This document shows positions 57,709-64,000 of a stretch of 64,000 nt of DNA, one piece after another. Within the stretch, counting starts at the first letter, position 1. Each line of letters opens with the position of its first letter. Below the pieces are notes generated by a model. The model searched no databases. It had not been told where the DNA came from and worked only from the letters and a program-made list of their open reading frames with translations. The stretch covers positions 18,658 to 82,657 of the forward strand of contig DCFT01000079.1 of the NCBI GenBank assembly GCA_002319885.1, given 5' to 3'. Made by a program: the position numbers and the translations under genes. The stretch comes from Bacteroidales bacterium UBA1797 (GTDB taxonomy: Bacteria; Bacteroidota; Bacteroidia; Bacteroidales; VadinHA17).

Positions 57709-57745
57709 ATGGATTAGAATTGTATCCATCCCGCCTAAAGGATGG
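57709..57745. terminator. Two overlapping hairpins between convergent cphE and iadA
   Basis: atggat (57709-14) pairs with atccat (57724-29). ccatcc (57726-31) pairs with ggatgg (57740-45). Confidence 0.3.
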
Positions 57746-57773
57746 GTTAATCCTATAATTTTTAGCTATTTAA

Positions 57774-58931
57774 TTATTCATAAGTTCCTCTTTTAATAAT
57801 CTCCCCGCTCCTGACAGCCCATTTTCCCATGGCCAAAAGGTGTACCATCTTCAGTTCTTTATCAAGAAACAAAAGGTCAGCATCCATTCCCGGTGAAATA
57901 AAACCTTTACCCGGCAACTTCAGTATTGTTGCGACATTTGAAGTCAGAACTTTCAAGGCTGTCTCCAGCGGTATCTTTTCTACAGCTACACAATCTGCCA
58001 ATTCACGGAGATTGGATGAAGGCAAGCCCATCTCAAGTTTTACCAGAAATCCCTGTTCATCAAAACCCGGAAGAGATCCGCATGAATCTGATGAAAAAGT
58101 AATATGATTGGCAGGTACACCAGCGTCAAGTAATATCTTAAGTGAAGCCGAAGGCTTTATCTCTTCATCCTGAAAATATGGCCACGAACTGGTAGTTATA
58201 TCCACATAACCGGTTTTACCATAAGTTTTTGAATCTTCAAAAATATAACTATTTCTATTACAATGCGTTGGGAGAAATTGAGTATATTTAAGTTCACTAT
58301 GATTAACTACCTCATGAAGCGGAGAAAATGGGTCTTTTGCATCACCCATATGGATATTTATCATCCCTGCTTTTTTACCAAGCATTCCTCCCACCCTTGC
58401 CTGTGCTGTGATCCGGATTAATTCATTTGTTGTTGGGCATGAACTCCTGTGATCTGATATTGCGAGTTCTCCGACTCCGATAATTTCATCAATCAATGCA
58501 ATATCCCTGCCAGGATCACCTGTAATGGTAGGTGTTGGAACCTGGTATGCGCCTGTCCATATCCAGGCTGAAGCTCCTTGAAGACGCAACGATTTAGCCT
58601 TCATCAGAACTGCTTCTACCGATCGGGTTAATCCATCTGTTCCAAGGCATCCAATTACTGTTGTCACACCTCCTTCAAACATTCGGGAAAGAGTCAGCTC
58701 TGGTGTACGGGTAGCCGGTCCTCCTTCTCCTCCTGCACCGGCAATATGAACATGGTTATCTATTAAACCAGGGACAACTGACAATCCCTTTGCGTCAACT
58801 ACCTCAACATCCAGACCCTGAGGCAGCTCGATTTGATCCGAAATTCCAAGGATAGTGTTTCCACCAATCAACAATTCCTTTTTGCCCAGGAATTCCGGGG
58901 CATAAACGAGAGCATTCCTGATTAGAAGCAT
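57774..58931 (-). CDS. iadA: Isoaspartyl (beta-aspartyl) dipeptidase
   Basis: The ORF track starts at a TTG (58958); the ATG is at 58931 (MLLIRNALVYAPE). Collinear with E. coli IadA: PGLIDNHVHIAGAGGEGGPATRTPE, AISDHRSS, FLPTHCNRN, FSSDS. Confidence 0.88.
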   Translation of the reverse strand: MLLIRNALVYAPEFLGKKELLIGGNTILGISDQIELPQGLDVEVVDAKGLSVVPGLIDNHVHIAGAGGEGGPATRTPELTLSRMFEGGVTTVIGCLGTDGLTRSVEAVLMKAKSLRLQGASAWIWTGAYQVPTPTITGDPGRDIALIDEIIGVGELAISDHRSSCPTTNELIRITAQARVGGMLGKKAGMINIHMGDAKDPFSPLHEVVNHSELKYTQFLPTHCNRNSYIFEDSKTYGKTGYVDITTSSWPYFQDEEIKPSASLKILLDAGVPANHITFSSDSCGSLPGFDEQGFLVKLEMGLPSSNLRELADCVAVEKIPLETALKVLTSNVATILKLPGKGFISPGMDADLLFLDKELKMVHLLAMGKWAVRSGEIIKRGTYE

Positions 58932-59078
58932 AAGATCTTTTTTAATGAACTGATTCAATAGTAAAATTAGCTATTCTCAGGATTAAAATTAACCTATGAC
59001 CATTTTTTGATTATTTTTACTTAACCGGAATTACTAATAAGTTTTAATAATTGCCTTTCATCCTAACCAAAAAAACCT

Positions 59079-60680
59079 ATGCATTTCAAATTTACTATCC
59101 CTCATAACCTTGTAATTGTCTTCAGTATTATAATAATTGCTGCAGTTCTCACATGGATAATTCCGGGTGGAAAATATGACCGTCACTTAGTTTCCGTGAA
59201 TGGTGTGGAAAGAAGTGTAATTATAAATAATTCATTTCACTATGTTGACAGTCAGCCCCAGACATGGCAGATCTTTTCCGCATTTTATAAGGGATTCATA
59301 AACATGTCTCACATTATTGTCTTCATTCTTATGATAGGCGGAGCATTCTGGATTATGAATGAAACTAAATCAATTGATGTTGGCATATTTTCGTTCCTGG
59401 GGTTTACACAGAGAATGGAGCGATACCGTCTAGTGAAATTGGTTGGTGTAAACAATATTATCATTACATTAATTATGATCATATTCAGTCTGTTCGGAGC
59501 TATATTCGGAATGGCTGAAGAAACCATTGCATTCGCTGTAATATTTGTACCACTTTCAATTTCAATGGGATATGATTCGATTGTTGGAATTTCATTATGT
59601 TACTTTGCTGCACACATCGGGTTTGCGGCAGCTATTCTGAACCCGTTCACTGTTGGCATAGCTCAGGGATTGGCGAGTGTACCACTTTTTACAGGCATAG
59701 AGTACCGTACATTTTGCTGGATTATCATAACATTTATCAGCATCTGTTTCATACTTTGGTATGCAGCCAGGATAAAACGAAATCCACGCAGGAGTCCCAT
59801 GTATGATGCCGACGCTTACTGGAGGCAAAAAGGGAAATCGCATCTCGACGAAATTAAATACTATACACCCGTATCCGCGTGGATCATTGCATTTCTGACC
59901 TGGGTTGCCCTGTTAATCTTTGCCATTAAATATCCTGTCACACACCTGTCAGTTGGTTTATCGGCAGTCTCCGCTCCTCTGCTTCCAATACTGGCAGCAT
60001 TATTCCTTATTTCCAGTTTCTTTACCTTGCGCCGCTCGATACATTTCTTTGTGCTGAATATCCTGGCCTTCACAATGGCGTATCTTATTGTTGGAGTACT
60101 TGGTTATCAGTGGTATATAATGGAAATTGCAGCTCTTTTTCTGGCAATGGGCATAGTTACAGGCTTTGCATCGGGTAAGAAACCCGGTGAAATTACTAAA
60201 CTTTTCGTCGAAGGGGTAAAAGATATTGTATCAGCTTCTCTTGTTGTAGGATTCGCCGGAGGGATTATTGCTATTCTTACTGATGGTCAGATAATTGATA
60301 CAGTCTTATACTCATTATCTGGTGCATTGAAAGGGGCAAATCAGATTTCTGCCATCACAATCATGTACCTTTTTCAATCTGTTTTAAACCTGGTAATAAC
60401 ATCGGGATCAGCAAAAGCCGCTCTCACAATACCTATTATGGCAGAGTTTTCAGATATTGTCGGATTAACAAGGCAGGCAACTATTATGGCTTTTCAGTTT
60501 GGTGCCGGTTTTACCGACATGATCGCACCAACATCAGGGGTTTTGATAGGAGTCCTAGGGATGGCAAGAATACCATATGTAAAATGGCTTAGATGGATAA
60601 TGCCATTTCTTATTATCCTTATTATTGTTGGATTTTTACTTCTTATACCTACAGTAACAATGAAACTTAACGGATTCTGA
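59079..60680 (+). CDS. yfcC: YfcC/ArcD-type (DcuC-superfamily) membrane transporter
   Basis: 533 aa, 12 or more TM spans. The layout and motifs (GMAEETIAF, FTVGIAQG, SGSAKAALT.PIM) fit the YfcC family as I remember it. Confidence 0.72.
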   Translation: MHFKFTIPHNLVIVFSIIIIAAVLTWIIPGGKYDRHLVSVNGVERSVIINNSFHYVDSQPQTWQIFSAFYKGFINMSHIIVFILMIGGAFWIMNETKSIDVGIFSFLGFTQRMERYRLVKLVGVNNIIITLIMIIFSLFGAIFGMAEETIAFAVIFVPLSISMGYDSIVGISLCYFAAHIGFAAAILNPFTVGIAQGLASVPLFTGIEYRTFCWIIITFISICFILWYAARIKRNPRRSPMYDADAYWRQKGKSHLDEIKYYTPVSAWIIAFLTWVALLIFAIKYPVTHLSVGLSAVSAPLLPILAALFLISSFFTLRRSIHFFVLNILAFTMAYLIVGVLGYQWYIMEIAALFLAMGIVTGFASGKKPGEITKLFVEGVKDIVSASLVVGFAGGIIAILTDGQIIDTVLYSLSGALKGANQISAITIMYLFQSVLNLVITSGSAKAALTIPIMAEFSDIVGLTRQATIMAFQFGAGFTDMIAPTSGVLIGVLGMARIPYVKWLRWIMPFLIILIIVGFLLLIPTVTMKLNGF

Positions 60681-61445
60681 TTTTCTTTATATAGTTCTTT
60701 TGTTTTATTCCCTACCTGAAGATCCTTTCATTTGTTCTGAAAGCCATTAACTGCTAACCACAGTTTTAAGGCACTATTCTCAGTGTTGCGAAATTCAGCC
60801 ATTTAATTTATAACTGACATTATTTTTGTCATTAAAATTGTACATAGCAGCAAAAATAAAATTATCCTGCTAATATCCTGACCTGAAAGCTGGCTTTAAA
60901 AAACGAAAGAGAATTCAATGACAAAAACAGTGCTTTTTTAAGGGCAATCAATAAAGTGACTTATATAATTCCTTCATTGCTCTCAGGTAAAATATCGGAC
61001 AGGAAGTGATAAGGCTTTTTTTGAAACAGGTGAAATGAACTAACTGTATATATGGGCGGAAGAAATACCTTTCAGGTAATATGTTATCAGACCGGTATAA
61101 GGATTTTGTTTCATCAATTTTTTAAATACATTGGTCAAAATACGCAAAAACAGCTTTTAGGAGTCAGAAGAGTCTCAGATAAATAATATATATCTGATTA
61201 TCTGTTATTTAAGAAATTTCATGTTTGGATATTAAAAGAAGATATGAAAATAATAGTAAAAATGCATTCATTTTTTACCAATGAAACGTTTCTATACATT
61301 AATAGCCAATTATCATTGATGTTCATTCATTTTAATGAGAATTTTCGACTCCTGTTGACCTAACATTAATCAATATGCTACATTTAAAAATTTGATTGAA
61401 GTTAACTTATTGAATAATTTTAATTCCAAACAGGGAATCAGATCG

Positions 61446-62078
61446 ATGAAGAGTAAACCACACGCAAACAATAAACATATTACTAAGAATCAACGTGTTA
61501 GTAAGCGCTCTCGTTTTAAAGGTTCGGCAGGTGTAAATACCGATATCAATCCTATATATGCAAAACTGGCCGAAGAGGGTCATGAAAACTTCTATAATTA
61601 TCTCGATTGGTTAGGTTTGTCTAAAAGTCCGGATTTTTTGATATTAACTTCATCACACCACTATTATTTCGAAAATGAGGATCTAAAAGAGGTTAAAACT
61701 GTGGTAAATCTTGAAAAATTAAACAATATAAAAGGGTTAAAGGATTTTCTACATTCAATTTATCATGTACTTCCGAAAAAATGCTATTTTGTTGGAAGTT
61801 TCACCGACAATAAAAATCATAAAAGTATATTTTCGTATACCAACAGGTACTACGACAAATTAACCGGGCGAATTTCAAATACTGAGAAAAGCGTTGGCCA
61901 AAGTAGTACGTTCCTGAATGTTATATATCACCTATTTGACTCAAATTCAAAAAGATACATGACTGAAAGAACAGCGAGACTGTTGTTTGTGAATTCAGGT
62001 CTGAAGATTTTGGACATTACTGAATTTAACGGTCTTACTTATTTTTGCACCCAAAAAGATATAGTGTCTGCAGAATAA
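61446..62078 (+). CDS. Hypothetical protein, methyltransferase-fold-like, at the head of a polysaccharide locus
   Basis: The track starts at a TTG (61392); the ATG is at 61446 (MKSKPHANNKH...). The segment VVNLEKLNNIKGLKDFLHSIYHVLPKKCYFVGSF resembles a domain I recall fused to Bacteroidota sugar transferases. No SAM-binding G-x-G motif seen. Confidence 0.5.
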   Translation: MKSKPHANNKHITKNQRVSKRSRFKGSAGVNTDINPIYAKLAEEGHENFYNYLDWLGLSKSPDFLILTSSHHYYFENEDLKEVKTVVNLEKLNNIKGLKDFLHSIYHVLPKKCYFVGSFTDNKNHKSIFSYTNRYYDKLTGRISNTEKSVGQSSTFLNVIYHLFDSNSKRYMTERTARLLFVNSGLKILDITEFNGLTYFCTQKDIVSAE

Positions 62079-62151
62079 TTATTACTTTCACAGGTTAGTT
62101 TCAGGTTTTAATTGGACAATGCAAACTCCCTGACGCGATGTATTCTTGTTT

Positions 62152-63408
62152 ATGGATCTTCTTAATTCTCAATATCAGTTTCATATTGACTCTCGTATGA
62201 AGATATTGAATTATGTGAAAAAAATACTGAATCCTATTGATGTTTTATCAATTCTTTTTGCATTTCAATGTTCTTACATGCTGAATTATTTTCAGAAGGG
62301 TGGCTTTTTTTTCTCCGATATCAATTTATTAAAACTCTTTTTATGGATACTCCCTTTCTGGATAATGATTTTATTCATGGTAAAAGTCACCGGGATACCT
62401 ACTAAACGTTATAAAGTTCTGTTTTTTTTATATCTGCAATCATCAATTTCAATTTTTTTCCTTCTTACACTCTTCTATTTTTTACTGGGAATAAACTCAG
62501 TCCCCCGATTGTTTCTCATCGAACTGTCGTTTTCAGGATTCCTTTTCCTGTTTATCGTACGAGTATTGGTTTACAGGATTCTTAAAATCCTTGGAATAAA
62601 AGGCTACAATCAAGTAAATATTATCATAATTGCTGACAGTTTTTCATTGTCGTACATTGAAGATATTCTATCGAATAAAGAGCTGGGTTATAAAATAATT
62701 GTGATATTTTCAGATTCAGTACTGATCAAACAAAAATTTGAAAACGCCGCAATTATTCTTCCGGAAATATATTTAGGCATACTCAACGATTTGATAGAGG
62801 TTGATTTCATAGATGAAGTTCTGTTTATGAAAGAGAAAACAGATTCAGCTAAGGTTCGGGAAATTCTTAGATCATGTGAAGATCTGGGAGTTACTTTAAA
62901 ACTAAAGATTAAAAACCCAAAAGCTAACCTTTCCAGTGCTGTAAGGGCAGATACAGGACATGGTAAATTTTTGAGTTTTATTAATATCCCCAACAATTCC
63001 TATGCTCAGGCAATTAAGAAGACATTAGATATCAATATGGCGCTTTTAATGATTGTTGTTTTATCTCCATTCTTAATTCTCTTTAGTGTTTTGATTAAGC
63101 TTACTTCAAGGGGACCTGTTATATATGATCTTGTAAAAACAGGATGGAGAGGCAGACAGATCAAAGTATACAGATTCAGAACAATGTATACAAATAACGA
63201 AAAGCAGACCGGGTTTTCTGAATTTGATATTAAACCTGATTGTTTAGATCCTGATCTTAAAAAAGATGAAAGGTTTACCACAATCGGAAGATTCCTTTTT
63301 AAGTCAGGGTTGGATCAGCTGCCTCAGTTATTCAATGTTTTAAAGGGCGATATGCCAATTATCAGTCAGCGTCACCCTCTCCAGAGCGATAATGTTAAAC
63401 TCCGTTGA
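62152..63408 (+). CDS. WbaP-like polyprenyl-phosphate glycosyl-phosphotransferase, degenerate and C-terminally truncated
   Basis: ATG at 62152. About 5 N-terminal TM spans and a central Rossmann-like region. Bac_transf core KKTLDINMALLMIVVLSPFLILFSVLIKLTSRGPVIY...YRFRTM...RFLFKSGLDQLPQLFNVLKGDMPIISQRHP, with a stop 10 codons later. Confidence 0.7.
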   Translation: MDLLNSQYQFHIDSRMKILNYVKKILNPIDVLSILFAFQCSYMLNYFQKGGFFFSDINLLKLFLWILPFWIMILFMVKVTGIPTKRYKVLFFLYLQSSISIFFLLTLFYFLLGINSVPRLFLIELSFSGFLFLFIVRVLVYRILKILGIKGYNQVNIIIIADSFSLSYIEDILSNKELGYKIIVIFSDSVLIKQKFENAAIILPEIYLGILNDLIEVDFIDEVLFMKEKTDSAKVREILRSCEDLGVTLKLKIKNPKANLSSAVRADTGHGKFLSFINIPNNSYAQAIKKTLDINMALLMIVVLSPFLILFSVLIKLTSRGPVIYDLVKTGWRGRQIKVYRFRTMYTNNEKQTGFSEFDIKPDCLDPDLKKDERFTTIGRFLFKSGLDQLPQLFNVLKGDMPIISQRHPLQSDNVKLR

Positions 63409-63690
63409 AGGAATAGTGTTCGGCTCCTTTAGTTCTAGTTAATGAAAATGTCGAAAAGCTTCCGACAATTCATGTTAAAAACAAAACCAGAGTGTTCATA
63501 TAATAAAGTGAAAAGCAAAAAATTAACATTATTTATTATTTTAGCAAGAAAATCCGAAGTCATTATGGATCTGTTAATAGATAATAGATAACATCTTTCC
63601 ATATAATTGGTTATGTAAAACAATTTTATTTTTTATTTTTAACTTTTTCGAATAATAAATGTTAATTATAGTATTATAATCAGAACGAAA

Positions 63691-64000
63691 ATGAAACATA
63701 GAAATTTATTTAAAACAATTAGTCTTATTGTCTTTGTAGTTTTTTCAACGATAGCTGTCAAAGCCCAGGGACGAAATGATGTTATCGAAGCTTATAATGA
63801 AGGAGCCAAAGCTGTTCAGACGAATCCCCAGGCAGCAATTAAAGCCTTTGAGAATGTAGTCACCCTGTCCAAACAGGTTGGTGATTCTGCAGCTGATCTA
63901 AGTCAGAAGGCAATAAAAGTATTACCAAGTTTGTATTATAATGTTGCTGCAGATGCATATTCCGGGAAAAAGCCAACTCCCGAAATAATACGGGCTGCAA
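63691..64000 (+). CDS. Secreted helical (TPR-like?) protein, partial; runs off the window
   Basis: ATG at 63691: MKHRNLFKTISLIVFVVFSTIAVKAQGRNDVIEAYNEGAKAVQTNPQAAIKAFENVV... The frame is open to the right edge. Not in the ORF track. Confidence 0.5.
   Translation, partial: MKHRNLFKTISLIVFVVFSTIAVKAQGRNDVIEAYNEGAKAVQTNPQAAIKAFENVVTLSKQVGDSAADLSQKAIKVLPSLYYNVAADAYSGKKPTPEIIRAA

Noticed and set aside
63435-63623. 62-aa minus-strand ORF downstream of the truncated PGT
   Set aside because: It is AT-rich and low-complexity, lies in the promoter region of the next plus-strand gene and has no motif. It also does not encode the missing PGT C-terminus in any frame.
1-64000. Scan for CRISPR arrays, tRNA/rRNA genes, integrases, transposases, prophage or toxin-antitoxin pairs
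   Set aside because: I saw no regularly spaced direct repeats, no tRNA T-arm/acceptor signatures (GGTTCGAATCC-like) and no recombinase, nuclease or ATPase ORFs of defence type. The only repeat family is the REP-like hairpin set reported above.

Overview
Bacteroidota-type chromosomal segment. It has a SusC/SusD pair, a hybrid two-component regulator, TAnnTTTG-type promoter boxes and almost no Shine-Dalgarno sequences. I saw no rRNA, tRNA, CRISPR array, integrase, transposase or obvious defence genes.

Bases 1-28866 form one unbroken minus-strand block. In transcription order it holds a Na+/sugar symporter, araA, a Nudix/NrtR-type AraR, araD, araB, GH51, a DUF1680 (GH127/146) beta-L-arabinofuranosidase, a beta-helix protein, an FkbO-like chorismatase-fold protein, the HTCS regulator, SusC, SusD, a SusE-position lipoprotein, a YD-like repeat lipoprotein, GH31 with a PA14 insert, and a partial GH130.

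The middle of the window holds:
- two lipid genes (an acyltransferase and a patatin);
- a pair made of an NRAMP-fold transporter with an NRMT-type (Mg2+) site and a pore-less MgtE-type sensor protein, preceded by a structured leader;
- a serine-palmitoyltransferase-like enzyme plus an SDR;
- a second DUF1680 paralog, OsmC, xylA and xylB;
- a LamG/TolB-propeller protein, GH116, a PlsC / lipid kinase / HAD trio, GH172 (DUF2961), a small OM barrel, prolyl oligopeptidase, GH30, YhhN and a GT2-like gene.

The right end holds a cyanophycinase / isoaspartyl dipeptidase / YfcC transporter cluster, then an AT-rich polysaccharide-locus start with a degenerate, truncated phosphoglycosyl transferase.

A REP-like family of CACAAAG/CTTTGTG hairpin elements occupies at least seven intergenic gaps.

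The findings I rate highest are the split MgtE-sensor/NRMT module with its leader, the chorismatase-fold gene behind the arabinofuranosidase genes, the cyanophycin-scavenging cluster and the lipid cassettes. All functional calls come from reading motifs by eye; no search was run.
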